From: Erysipelothrix larvae
GTDB lineage: Bacteria > Bacillota_I > Bacilli_A > Erysipelotrichales > Erysipelotrichaceae
DNA length: 32,000 bases
NCBI RefSeq assembly: GCF_001545095.1
Contig: NZ_CP013213.1
Location: 1,590,001 to 1,622,000, forward strand
Direction of reading: 5' to 3'
The notes beneath the pieces are model-generated. The model was not told the DNA's origin, did no database searches, and saw only the letters and a list, made by a program, of their open reading frames with translations. The number at the start of each line of letters is the position of its first letter. The first letter of the stretch is position 1. Positions 7,808-16,522 of the stretch are shown in pieces. The translations under genes and the position numbers were made by a program.

Positions 7808-7975
7808 TTATTGGATGCCTTCACGGTTAACTTTCTTAATGTCTATCACAATTTTAAAACATAATAATGCAACGATAATTCCCACGATCACTCAATACAA
7901 TGCATATTCACCAAAGTATTGGTTCGAAATATGGATTGCAATCGTCATGATAATGAGTCCGAGTGGTTTCTTCAT
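7808..7975 (-). other. small hydrophobic ORF (27 + 27 codons) interrupted by one in-frame TGA
   Basis: An extended -10 (TGATACAAT) and an AGGAGAA RBS precede ATG 7975. The ORF reads MKKPLGLIIMTIAIHISNQYFGEYALY-TGA(7894..7892)-VIVGIIVALLCFKIVIDIKKVNREGIQ-TAA. Confidence 0.35.
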
Positions 7976-8209
7976 ATTTGCATTCTCCTGTTTTTTATTT
8001 AGCTTTATTGTATCATATTTTCTGATACGATTTATTCAAGAGATTTGATCTTTTTCTTTACCCTCATCAAACGGTCTCAATCCTTGATTTGTGTCGATTA
8101 ACAAATCCCTTTTCAAGTTTTGAATAATTTCGATATGAATGTTGTAAAAGGCGCATAAATCAGTGCATAAAATGGTATGATAGAGCTATAAGATGAGAGG
8201 AGTAAGATT

Positions 8210-8680
8210 ATGGATTATCATTTAGAAAAAGTTGATGATATGATTATTTATCTTGCGACATTGCGTATCAACGCAAGCATTGAAACTGTTTGGAATTTGG
8301 TTGCGACAACACAAGGATATGCTACTTGGTTTCCTGAAATTGAGATTCATCACGATGACGATGAAGTTCACTTTATTTCACCAGAATTTGATGATATCTT
8401 CCAACTCATTGAATACAAACACGCGTCTTTAATTTCATATACATGGGACAGTGCAACGGTATCGTTTTCACTTCAACATGATGCAGAAGGTGTTTTAGTG
8501 TTATTTGAAGAAAACTTACCCACAGACTTTGAAAATATGAGTCGGGATATTACGGGATGGCATGTACAACTGCTTCGGTTGAAGTCAGTTGCGGAAAAGA
8601 AATCAGCCTCTTTTGATACTAAACTTTTTAATAGCCATAAAGTGAAAGTGGAAGATCAGTTGAATTCACTCATATCGTAA
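8210..8680 (+). CDS. SRPBCC / AHSA1-like START-fold protein
   Basis: 156-aa ORF with a GAGAGGAG RBS. IETVWNLVATTQGYATWFPE and ITGWHVQLLRLKSV resemble Aha1-domain SRPBCC proteins. Confidence 0.6.
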   Translation: MDYHLEKVDDMIIYLATLRINASIETVWNLVATTQGYATWFPEIEIHHDDDEVHFISPEFDDIFQLIEYKHASLISYTWDSATVSFSLQHDAEGVLVLFEENLPTDFENMSRDITGWHVQLLRLKSVAEKKSASFDTKLFNSHKVKVEDQLNSLIS

Positions 8681-8852
8681 ACTGTTGAAATTTAGTTTTG
8701 ATTACTGGTTTTCACGGCTTTATGAGCTGTTTTTGATGCTTATTTTTATTAATTATCTTTCAACTTTGTTCATAATCAAACCTTTTGAGCCTCAAATGTT
8801 AAATGTTTGTTGCTTGTACTCAAAAGCGTTTTCATTTACCATAGTATTATGA

Positions 8853-9512
8853 ATGGATGTGATATTTATGGATTTTCAAAGAGCACGAAATGCAAAGCAG
8901 AAAGACATTCGAATCCATGAAATTACCAGTGCGACACGCGAGCTTTTAGAAGTGAATCACTTCAGCACGATCACCCTTAAGAAGATCAGTGACAAGTGTT
9001 CTTTCTCGCGGATAAATCTTTATAATTACTTTAAAACTAAAGAGGAAATCTATCTCACAATATTTCTTGAGGACTTTCAATCACTGTATGATGATATGTT
9101 CGCGATTTTTAAACAGTATACAATATTAAACGCTGAAACTTTCGCCTCCTTGTGGTGCGAGACAATTGTGAAACATCACCATGCTTTAGTATGGTATACA
9201 TTGGTTGCTGGTGCGTTTGAAGATCAAGTAAGTGAAGAAGTGCTTGCGCAATTTAAGGAAGCAATGCTTCAGATCCTTCATGATCTTGAATCTTTGATTT
9301 GTAGTGTCTTTCCAAAACTAAGCGACAAGGATTGTACCTATATCCTGTGTTTTTGTCTGAACTTTGGATCTGCTTTGTTTACGACTTTTAATACGTATTC
9401 GCATAATTATGAGGTGAAGGACAATTCAAATATAATTTCTGTTTCTCCAGGATTTGTTTATGAATACCGTGAGAACATCATTATATTTATACGCGGAATG
9501 GTTCACAATTAA
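8853..9512 (+). CDS. TetR/AcrR-family transcriptional regulator
   Basis: N-terminal HTH TLKKISDKCSFSRINLYNYFKTKEEIYLTIF. The start could also be ATG 8868. Confidence 0.8.
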   Translation: MDVIFMDFQRARNAKQKDIRIHEITSATRELLEVNHFSTITLKKISDKCSFSRINLYNYFKTKEEIYLTIFLEDFQSLYDDMFAIFKQYTILNAETFASLWCETIVKHHHALVWYTLVAGAFEDQVSEEVLAQFKEAMLQILHDLESLICSVFPKLSDKDCTYILCFCLNFGSALFTTFNTYSHNYEVKDNSNIISVSPGFVYEYRENIIIFIRGMVHN

Positions 9513-9681
9513 TATTAGTCGCATGTTTCAATCGTAACTTTTTTTGGATTTGTATAAAATGTGACTTGAATCTTTAGTTATGTTTAGAAACAGGGCGGTA
9601 TATCTATGTCTTTGATAGTGTGCCGCTTTTCTTGTCATGCTTCCCTGTGTTAATTTTTGGGAATACACAGAACACACCCAG

Positions 9682-9715
9682 TTTAAATAAAAGAAGGCGG
9701 TTATTTCCCGTCTTC
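9682..9715 (-). terminator. intrinsic terminator overlapping the stop codon of the oxidoreductase gene
   Basis: Minus-strand RNA reads GAAGACGG-gaaauaa-CCGCCUUC followed by UUUUAUUU. Confidence 0.6.
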
Positions 9716-10297
9716 CTTTATTTTCAATTGTATAAATGGATTTTCTTTCACCAATATTGTGAAATAAATCCAGAAGAATGCAAGTCCTTCAATTTCACGT
9801 GCTTTTGATAAGTCGTAGATACTGTGTGCTTCAAATCCAAGCTTATTTGCAAGATCACGGATGTTATCGACTGCATCCTTATCTTGTCCCACAATGAATT
9901 GAACACTTCCATCAGGATGTGCGATTGATGGTGCGATGCAATGATTGAATGCTTCCACAACATTAAACGTGGTTGAAATATCTTGAAGATGCTCAGCACC
10001 TGATTTCTGGTCAAATGTTTTATACCCGCTTAAATCGGCTAATAAAGGATTCATCATATCTACAATCGTTTTTCCATTTAATGCATCTTTGAAAGTCTTA
10101 ACGACTTCATATCCTGCATCATAAGGAAGTGCAAGAACCACAACGTCATTAGCTTGAATGGCTTCTTTAATTGAAACTGCTCCTTCAAACTTTGATGGCT
10201 CTCTTAGTCCAACTGTGACTTCAACACCTTTTTCTTTTAGGTTTAAAATCAATGCGCCGCCTGCTTGACCAGCACCTAACACTGTTATTTTTTTCAT
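9701..10297 (-). CDS. NAD(P)-binding oxidoreductase (NADPH-dependent F420 reductase / ProC-like Rossmann family)
   Basis: MKKITVLGAGQAGGALILNL dinucleotide-binding motif, 198 aa, GGAGGA RBS. Confidence 0.75.
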   Translation of the reverse strand: MKKITVLGAGQAGGALILNLKEKGVEVTVGLREPSKFEGAVSIKEAIQANDVVVLALPYDAGYEVVKTFKDALNGKTIVDMMNPLLADLSGYKTFDQKSGAEHLQDISTTFNVVEAFNHCIAPSIAHPDGSVQFIVGQDKDAVDNIRDLANKLGFEAHSIYDLSKAREIEGLAFFWIYFTILVKENPFIQLKIKEDGK

Positions 10298-10340
10298 AAC
10301 TTTGTCCTCCTATACATCCATTTTAATACCTTAGAAACGA

Positions 10341-10377
10341 TTGTAAAGTAGGCACTTTATTGTTATGTTACTTACTA
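10341..10377 (-). promoter_or_regulatory. promoter/operator element copy A (upstream of the oxidoreductase, overlapping the regulator stop codon)
   Basis: 32/37 nt identical to 11489-11525 in the same orientation. It contains AAAGT-N4-ACTTT, and a conserved minus-strand TACAAT -10 lies at its downstream edge (10340-10345). Confidence 0.5.
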
Positions 10378-10718
10378 TTTGGTACGTTTTGAGTCTTCTC
10401 AAGCTCCAAATAATCAAGTCCCCATGATCTTAATTCATGTATAATTGGACGTAGTGTTTCACCCAATTCACTCAATGAATATTCAACACGAGGTGGCACT
10501 TCTGCATAGACGGTTCGAATCACGATTCCATCTTGCTCAAGTTTTCTTAAATCCTGAGTCAACATCTTTTGACTGATGCCTTCAATGTTACGTTCAAGTT
10601 CTTTAAAACGCATTGTTTTGGTCAACAATTCACGTAGAATGAGTAACTTCCACTTACTTCCAATTAGATTTACAGTTGTTGCAACAGGACAAACGGGTCC
10701 TTTTTCATATATAGTCAT
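10368..10718 (-). CDS. HxlR-family winged-helix transcriptional regulator
   Basis: CPVATTVNLIGSKWKLLILRELL...MRFKELERNIEGISQKMLTQDLRKLEQDGIV...PPRVEYSLSELG. The start is at MTIYEK (ATG 10718) after an AAGGAG RBS. Confidence 0.85.
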   Translation of the reverse strand: MTIYEKGPVCPVATTVNLIGSKWKLLILRELLTKTMRFKELERNIEGISQKMLTQDLRKLEQDGIVIRTVYAEVPPRVEYSLSELGETLRPIIHELRSWGLDYLELEKTQNVPNSK

Positions 10719-10753
10719 TGATCTCACTCCTTTATTACAGTATAACATTTCCT

Positions 10754-11449
10754 TTATATACCACGCGCATTATTTACATATTCCATCGATGCAACGTTTG
10801 TGATTTCTACAGTCCCTTCATCAACTGCGATTTCAGTTACACAACAATTTTTAAGATCCGCTACACGGTTTAGCTTTTTACCAGGATATGCATCAATTAT
10901 GGTGGACAATGTAACACCGTGCGTAACCACAAGGATATTTCCACCCTTTGTATTTATAATTTCGATTAGTTCATCGATGAAAGATTTAGATCGTTTCATC
11001 ACTGCGTCATAGTCTTCAGCATAGCCAGAAGTATCCAAAGAGCAGGAAGCATTTAACATATCTTTGGGTCCAATGATACGTTTTTGAATCATTGATTGAA
11101 TTTGTGGTATATCAACATGTCCCAATAATACATTTGAACATCCTTCTTTTCGCGTTGTCTCCAAGAGTCCTTCAAAGTCCCCAAAACACATTTCTCGGAT
11201 GCGCTCATCCGCGTAAACCTCAATATTTTTACTACCATTCATTTTTACAATGATATCACGTGTCACTTCAGCACGTTTCAAATCACTCGAATAAGCCTGC
11301 ATGAATGTGATATCTCTGAGTCCAATACCACAAGCTTGTGCATCGTCCAACCCACTTTGGGTAAGTGGTGAATCTGCCCACCCTTGTACCTTTCCAAGTT
11401 GATTGAACATTGTTTGACCATGTCTCACTAAATAAATTTTTCCACTCAT
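10754..11449 (-). CDS. histidine phosphatase family protein (phosphoglycerate mutase-like)
   Basis: IYLVRHGQTMFN catalytic RHG motif and a downstream VVTHG motif; 231 aa. Confidence 0.85.
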   Translation of the reverse strand: MSGKIYLVRHGQTMFNQLGKVQGWADSPLTQSGLDDAQACGIGLRDITFMQAYSSDLKRAEVTRDIIVKMNGSKNIEVYADERIREMCFGDFEGLLETTRKEGCSNVLLGHVDIPQIQSMIQKRIIGPKDMLNASCSLDTSGYAEDYDAVMKRSKSFIDELIEIINTKGGNILVVTHGVTLSTIIDAYPGKKLNRVADLKNCCVTEIAVDEGTVEITNVASMEYVNNARGI

Positions 11450-11488
11450 TATTTCACCTCTTTATTAAGCCTACCATAACCAACTAAA

Positions 11489-11525
11489 TTGTATAGTACG
11501 CACTTTCTTGTAAAGTTACTTACTA
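11489..11525 (-). promoter_or_regulatory. promoter/operator element copy B (upstream of the phosphatase-regulator pair)
   Basis: Paralogous to 10341-10377. A minus-strand TACAAT lies at 11488-11493, and an extra 7-bp inverted repeat TACTTAC-N5-GTAAGTA at 11517-11535. Confidence 0.5.
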
Positions 11526-11631
11526 AAAGTAAGTATTATCTATTTAAAGTATTTCTTTGGTTTTTATTTCATCTTGATACTTAAAAACAAATCCTTTTGT
11601 CATAAAAAGAAAACCCTGAGTGACCAGGGTC

Positions 11632-12249
11632 TTAAATACGGATACCAATATTATTGTCACGAATCAGTACTCCTTCACCATCATTAATTCTCATGACGTG
11701 AATGTTTTTATACCGTTCATAGTCAACACAGCGTTGTTCAAAATTTTCAAAGCGATTACAATATTTTGAAAAATGGGGAAGTATTTCAACATCCACCAAC
11801 CCCATTCCTTCAAAGTGATCCATTGCCACTGTGTTCATTTGTGGTGTATAAACATTCACAAGATCAATGTTTTGTTGGAGTACAAAGCTTCCAGCACTGA
11901 TTCCAATAATTACTTTATTGTTTTGATGCATGGACCTAAGAAGTGGCTTGACACTAAAAGTTCGAAGTCGATCTAAGAGATAAAAATGGATTTCCACCAA
12001 TAAATTCGATGAGATCCACGTTTTCAATGACTGAATAATCGTCAGTATCAAAGTCAAATAATGAAACTTTGAGTCCACATTCATGCAATTCAGACATGAG
12101 TCGATTTAGGTGTTTATGTTCTTTTTTATAGTGTGGATCACTGGTGACACAGATAAGCGCTGAGTGTAGATTGTGAGCTTTTACAAAGTCTTTTACACAG
12201 CATATCAATGTAGGGGTGAGCTTAAACCATTTGATGTTAACACGATCAT
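11632..12249 (-). pseudogene. peptidase S51 (dipeptidase E-like) gene with two frameshifts
   Basis: Three frames carry consecutive pieces. These are MIVLTSNGLSSPLH* (ATG 12249), then ...ALICVTSDP...IEFIGGNPF, then YLLDRL...VIIGISAGS...HVMRINDGEGV. The second shift is in a T5 run (minus strand; plus 11982-11986). Confidence 0.7.
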
Positions 12250-12259
12250 AGCATTTCCA

Positions 12260-13996
12260 CTATAGTGTGACTTGTTGTTTTATGAATTCACCTTTATACA
12301 CATCTACCAGTCCTAAGTCTGAAAGCTTGATATCGGGTATTACCAATAATGCAACAAAAGAAAGCATGAGCAGTGGATTAAAGTCTTCATGGTTCATGAT
12401 CGCATGGACTTTAGTATGCAATGTGTTGAGATTATCAACAATGGCTTCAAGGGGTTCATCGGTAATCAATCCACCAATTGGTAGGGTTACGGATGCAATA
12501 ACTTCCCCTTGATTCACAATGACATAACCACCCTTCATGTCTTTAAGTGTTTCAACAGCAAGCATCATATCGTCATCATTCATACCAATCACAAGGATGT
12601 TATGACTATCATGTGCCACGGTGGTCGCAATAGCTCCTGTTAACATACCAAAGCCTTTTACACCACACAGTCCGATATTTCCGGTTGCATGGTGACGCTC
12701 AATCACTGCAAGTTTTGCATGGTCTTTGGGTTTACTTGCAACAAAACAATCATCCATAATATCCACCGCTTCAACAGCAAGTCCTGTAATGACATTCCCT
12801 GCTTTGACTTCGAGAAGGTTCAAATGTGTATGACCTTCCATGTGAAGTTGTAGGTCTTCTTTGGTAAATGGTGCCATGTTGATTGAGTTTAGAATTGAAT
12901 CAGGAACGGGTGTTTCGGGTTTGCTTTCGCTGAGTTGTTTACCATCCAGGGCAATCAGGATTCCATTTTTATATACGGCGTTTGCTTGAATATCGTTTAA
13001 ATCATTAAAAAGGAAGAAGTTTGCTTTAAAGCCTGGTGCAACAGCCCCTTCATCTTTAATGTCATAGCTTTCATATCCATTAAGGGTACAGATGGTTAAT
13101 GCCATCACTGGGTCCATTCCTTCTCGAATGGCCATTCTAAGAACCCCATCAATTCCCCCATCTCGCATTAAGTGATCGGGGTGTTTATCATCAGTACAAA
13201 AGCACACGCGTCTATAATTGTCTTTGGTGATTGCAGGAAGGAGTTCTTTGAGGTTTTCGGTGACCGTTCCTTCACGAACAAAGGTATAGATTCCCCGTCT
13301 TAAGCGATCATGGAGTCCCTTTTGATCTACCGTTTCGTGATCGTTTCGAATCCCTAGGCTTGCAAATACATCAAAGCCTTTCTCATCGAGAATGGATCCA
13401 TGGCCATCGACTACTTTTCCATGGTCTAAACAATCCTTAATCTTTTGAATCATATCATCATCATTTAAAACTGCGAAGTAATCCATGACCTCTGCCAATC
13501 CTCCAACATGAGGGTGATCATAAAAGGGTTTAAGGTCTCCACTGTTTAAGAGTGCACCTGCGTTTTCTAATTGTGTTGAAGGGACACAGGATGGTAACAT
13601 CACCCGAATATTTAAGGGTAAGTCTTCAACACAATCCAAGATATATTGGATGCCTTTTGTTCCAGCAACATTCGCAATTTCGTGGGGATCTGCTGCAACA
13701 GTTCCTACACCACGTACACTTAAAAAGTCGCTGAGTTTTTTAGGTGTTAGCAAGGTTGATTCAATATGCATATGACAATCAATCAAAAGTGGTGCGACAT
13801 ACTGCCCTTTTCCATCAACAACCACGTCCCCTTCTTTCGCATCAAAGCTAACAATTAAACCATGCTTGATACCAAGGTTTGCTTCATGTATTTCTTGGGT
13901 TAAGGTATTGACGACCCTTACATTCTTTATTAATAAATCAACAGGGGCTCTTAATGCAGCAGCTTCTTTAATTTGTATCATCTCCAAGTGTGTCAT
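12260..13996 (-). CDS. ade: adenine deaminase
   Basis: 578 aa, with LIDCHMHIESTLLTP, GTVAADPHEIANV and the overall length and layout of the amidohydrolase-type adenine deaminase. Confidence 0.9.
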   Translation of the reverse strand: MTHLEMIQIKEAAALRAPVDLLIKNVRVVNTLTQEIHEANLGIKHGLIVSFDAKEGDVVVDGKGQYVAPLLIDCHMHIESTLLTPKKLSDFLSVRGVGTVAADPHEIANVAGTKGIQYILDCVEDLPLNIRVMLPSCVPSTQLENAGALLNSGDLKPFYDHPHVGGLAEVMDYFAVLNDDDMIQKIKDCLDHGKVVDGHGSILDEKGFDVFASLGIRNDHETVDQKGLHDRLRRGIYTFVREGTVTENLKELLPAITKDNYRRVCFCTDDKHPDHLMRDGGIDGVLRMAIREGMDPVMALTICTLNGYESYDIKDEGAVAPGFKANFFLFNDLNDIQANAVYKNGILIALDGKQLSESKPETPVPDSILNSINMAPFTKEDLQLHMEGHTHLNLLEVKAGNVITGLAVEAVDIMDDCFVASKPKDHAKLAVIERHHATGNIGLCGVKGFGMLTGAIATTVAHDSHNILVIGMNDDDMMLAVETLKDMKGGYVIVNQGEVIASVTLPIGGLITDEPLEAIVDNLNTLHTKVHAIMNHEDFNPLLMLSFVALLVIPDIKLSDLGLVDVYKGEFIKQQVTL

Positions 13997-14091
13997 TGGT
14001 TTCCTCCATAAGAACCGGAATGTTCTTTCACTACTATGAAGTTATACATCGTTATCATCAGTATGATGTACTAAGTGGATCCTTAATACTT

Positions 14092-14162
14092 CACACCGTA
14101 GTCCGATTAGATTGGAATCGGGTAGAAACGCTTGGACCGTCTTTCCAAGACTATACGACGTG
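14092..14162 (-). promoter_or_regulatory. purine riboswitch aptamer (guanine/hypoxanthine class, C at the discriminator position)
   Basis: Minus-strand RNA reads CACGUCGU-AUAGU-CUUGGA-AAGACGG-UCCAAG-CGUUUCUACC-CGAUU-CCAAUCU-AAUCGG-ACU-ACGGUGUG. P1, P2 and P3 all pair. J2/3 matches GUUUCUACC, L2 ends in GG and L3 starts with CC. The layout closely parallels the B. subtilis xpt aptamer. Confidence 0.85.
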
Positions 14163-14174
14163 AAACTTTCGCAT

Positions 14175-14203
14175 ATTATAACAAAACCAATCAATCATTT
14201 CAA
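14175..14203 (-). promoter_or_regulatory. sigma-A promoter driving riboswitch-ade
   Basis: Minus strand: -35 TTGAAA (14203..14198), 17-nt spacer, -10 TATAAT (14180..14175), about 12 nt before the P1 stem. Confidence 0.6.
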
Positions 14204-14270
14204 TGAAGAGACTAAACATACTTGGAAATATATAACTACAAATTAAAAGTAACTAAATTTTAAAGATACC

Positions 14271-14300
14271 TTGACAGGCGAAGTATGTCCGTGGTATAAA
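14271..14300 (+). promoter_or_regulatory. candidate promoter of the PadR operon
   Basis: -35 TTGACA (14271-14276), 18-nt spacer, extended -10 TGG-TATAAA (14292-14300). Confidence 0.5.
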
Positions 14301-14327
14301 GTATAGGTAAATAAAAAGGAGCCTATT

Positions 14328-14672
14328 ATGTCAATAACATCTGATTTACTAAGAGGCCATACCGAAACAATTATTCTTGCACATCTTGCGCAAGATGACA
14401 GTTATGGGTATGAAATTAATAAAAGTGTGAAAACACTGACTTCTGGAGATTATGAATTGAAAGAAGCAACGCTCTATAGTGCATTTCGACGTCTTGAAGA
14501 TCAAGGCTTGATACAGTCTTACTGGGGGGATCAAGATTCAGGTGCACGGCGACGTTACTATACGATTACCAGTGTGGGACGAAAAGCATTGGAACGCAAT
14601 CACGAGGATTGGGAAGAAGCAAAAAAGATTATTGATTCATTAATCTACCTAGGAGGAAATCATGGAAAATAA
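14328..14672 (+). CDS. PadR-family transcriptional regulator
   Basis: LLRGHTETIILAHLAQDDSYGYEI...EATLYSAFRRLEDQGLIQSYWG...RRRYYTIT is a classic PadR winged helix. Confidence 0.9.
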   Translation: MSITSDLLRGHTETIILAHLAQDDSYGYEINKSVKTLTSGDYELKEATLYSAFRRLEDQGLIQSYWGDQDSGARRRYYTITSVGRKALERNHEDWEEAKKIIDSLIYLGGNHGK

Positions 14673-15531
14673 ACTAAAAGCATATGTGAATGACTTATTT
14701 AAGGAATTGAAACAAACTGAGTCATTACAAGAAACAAAAGAAGAACTCATCCTTAATCTCACAGAAAAATATAACGACTTAATTCAAGAGGGATTGTCCA
14801 ATGAGCAAGCGTATAAGAAAGTCATCGCAAGTATTGGGGATGTTGATGAGTTGATTGCTGTTGAAACACATAATCCAAAAGTAGAACAAAAAGTTGAAGT
14901 TAACATTATCAATACACGTAAAATGTATCCAAAGGTGTTTCAAGCCATCGCAGTTTCTCTTTTTATCCTCTCACCCATTCCAGTCATTGTATTGGGTAGC
15001 ATGAGTGATCGACTTGCAGTCTTTGGAATTGTTGCTTTATTTGGAATGGTTGCGATCGGTGTTGCGCTGTTAATTATTGCAGGTGGTGCAAAGGATGATA
15101 CGAAGGTTGAAGACGACGAAGCGGATGATGACCTCGATAACATACACCTTTTCACATCACGTGATAAACGTAAAATCAAAAACATTAACGGATTGATTTA
15201 TCTGATTGCGGCAATCTTATTCTTCAGCAATATCCTTTCAGGATGGGGTATTGGGTGGACCATCTTTATCGCAGCTTACGGTGTTACTCAACTCTTGACT
15301 TTGTATCTGTATTACAACCGTGTACGTGACCTTGAAAAAGCAGGAGCACAAACTTCACCAAAACAAGTTCAAAAGGAAGTCTTTAAGCTTGCATCGTCAA
15401 CAATTTGGACGATTGCTGTGCTTTTATTCTTCTCAAATTTAGGGGGCTATAGTATTTCTTGGGTTGTATTCTTAATTGCAGCTGCAGGAGTACAAATTCT
15501 TAAAATCGTCTTAGACATGGAGGCACACTAA
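14662..15531 (+). CDS. PadR-associated polytopic membrane protein (DUF1700 / permease-prefix-type N-terminus)
   Basis: It overlaps the padR end by 11 nt and has a GGAGGAAA RBS. A soluble helical N-domain is followed by TM helices, with an internal duplication (LIAAILFFSNILSGWGIGWTIFIAAYGV / TIAVLLFFSNLGGYSISWVVFLIAAAGV). Confidence 0.7.
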   Translation: MENKLKAYVNDLFKELKQTESLQETKEELILNLTEKYNDLIQEGLSNEQAYKKVIASIGDVDELIAVETHNPKVEQKVEVNIINTRKMYPKVFQAIAVSLFILSPIPVIVLGSMSDRLAVFGIVALFGMVAIGVALLIIAGGAKDDTKVEDDEADDDLDNIHLFTSRDKRKIKNINGLIYLIAAILFFSNILSGWGIGWTIFIAAYGVTQLLTLYLYYNRVRDLEKAGAQTSPKQVQKEVFKLASSTIWTIAVLLFFSNLGGYSISWVVFLIAAAGVQILKIVLDMEAH

Positions 15532-15532
15532 T

Positions 15533-16402
15533 ATGAAAAAAATAAACACCTTACTGATCGTCCTAATGGCACTTTTATCCTTAAGTATTCTCAGCCTGGT
15601 TTCAACTCGGTTTGTAAAGAATACTGACCCCTTTAATTTCAACTTTAACTTTAACTTTGGAAGACGTGAGACCACACTTTTAGTCAGCGAATCCCTGGAT
15701 GCCTCAGAGATTCAATCCATCATGATTAATGCTTATTCTCTTGATATTACTTTTATTCAAGGAACAAGCGATGACATCGTCGTGAACCATTATGGGGGTA
15801 CAGACTTTAGCCCTGTTACGATTACACACGATCAAGGCATCTTGACTGTTTCACAACCCAGCGAACGAAATATCGGCTTTTCATGGGGATCTTGGAACCA
15901 ACGTCTTGAAGTTACCCTTCCAAGCAAAGCGTATGATACGGTGTCAATTACAACCGTTAGTGGTAACATCACGATCCCTGCACTCACTGCCACAAACACT
16001 GCGCTCAATACAACTTCTGGAGACCTCTTCATTAATTCTCTTGTAAGTAACGCCATTGATGTAAGTGTGACATCTGGTGATATTTCAATGAATAATACTG
16101 AAGGTGCGCTTAAGGTTCGTAGCACCAGCGGTGATCTTGACCTTGTGAATCTGATTGGAAGTGTGAATCTTCAATTAACATCGGGAGATGTTGAAATCGA
16201 AGGCTTTACCATGACACAAGACTCAAGCATTGAATCCCTTTCAGGGGATGTGGATATTGTGTTTAACCGTGATCAAACACCGATCAGAGTTGATGCAAGT
16301 GCACTTTCTGGAGACATTGAAAACCATTTTGGTTCTCAAACCCAAGACAACCCACTCAACCTACGCATTCGGACAACCAGTGGGGATGTTGAATTACGCT
16401 AA
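15533..16402 (+). CDS. DUF4097-type beta-helical repeat protein (LiaG-like putative adhesin), N-terminally anchored
   Basis: An N-terminal TM or signal sequence is followed by seven (T/L)SGD(L/I/V) repeat rungs ending in TSGDVELR. The start lies 1 nt after the upstream stop. Confidence 0.75.
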   Translation: MKKINTLLIVLMALLSLSILSLVSTRFVKNTDPFNFNFNFNFGRRETTLLVSESLDASEIQSIMINAYSLDITFIQGTSDDIVVNHYGGTDFSPVTITHDQGILTVSQPSERNIGFSWGSWNQRLEVTLPSKAYDTVSITTVSGNITIPALTATNTALNTTSGDLFINSLVSNAIDVSVTSGDISMNNTEGALKVRSTSGDLDLVNLIGSVNLQLTSGDVEIEGFTMTQDSSIESLSGDVDIVFNRDQTPIRVDASALSGDIENHFGSQTQDNPLNLRIRTTSGDVELR

Positions 16403-16408
16403 GACTCA

Positions 16409-16444
16409 AGGTTGATGAAGATTCCCTTCATCAACCTTTTTTTA
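16409..16444 (+). terminator. intrinsic terminator of the PadR operon
   Basis: AGGTTGATGAAG-attccc-TTCATCAACCT followed by a T8 run. Confidence 0.75.
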
Positions 16445-16522
16445 TTAAATTGGTCCATGTATTAAACTTCTACATCAATTTTTCTTATGCTATAATGAAA
16501 CCAACAAAAAGGAGAACACATT

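Noticed and set aside
7892-7894. In-frame TGA read as Trp (genetic code 4) or another reassignment
   Set aside because: ORFs of up to 627 codons are intact under the standard code. TGG is used for Trp (for example the WW in the 16881-17798 gene), and TGA ends tnpA. A genome-wide reassignment is therefore not supported.
7815-8048. 77-aa plus-strand ORF
   Set aside because: It has no RBS and lies opposite the minus-strand promoter/RBS-equipped mini-ORF. Its composition looks like antisense of hydrophobic coding sequence.
14030-14066. CUGAUGA ... GAAA on the minus strand as a hammerhead ribozyme core
   Set aside because: No convincing stems I, II or III can be drawn around it. A 7-mer match is expected by chance, and it sits in the riboswitch expression platform.
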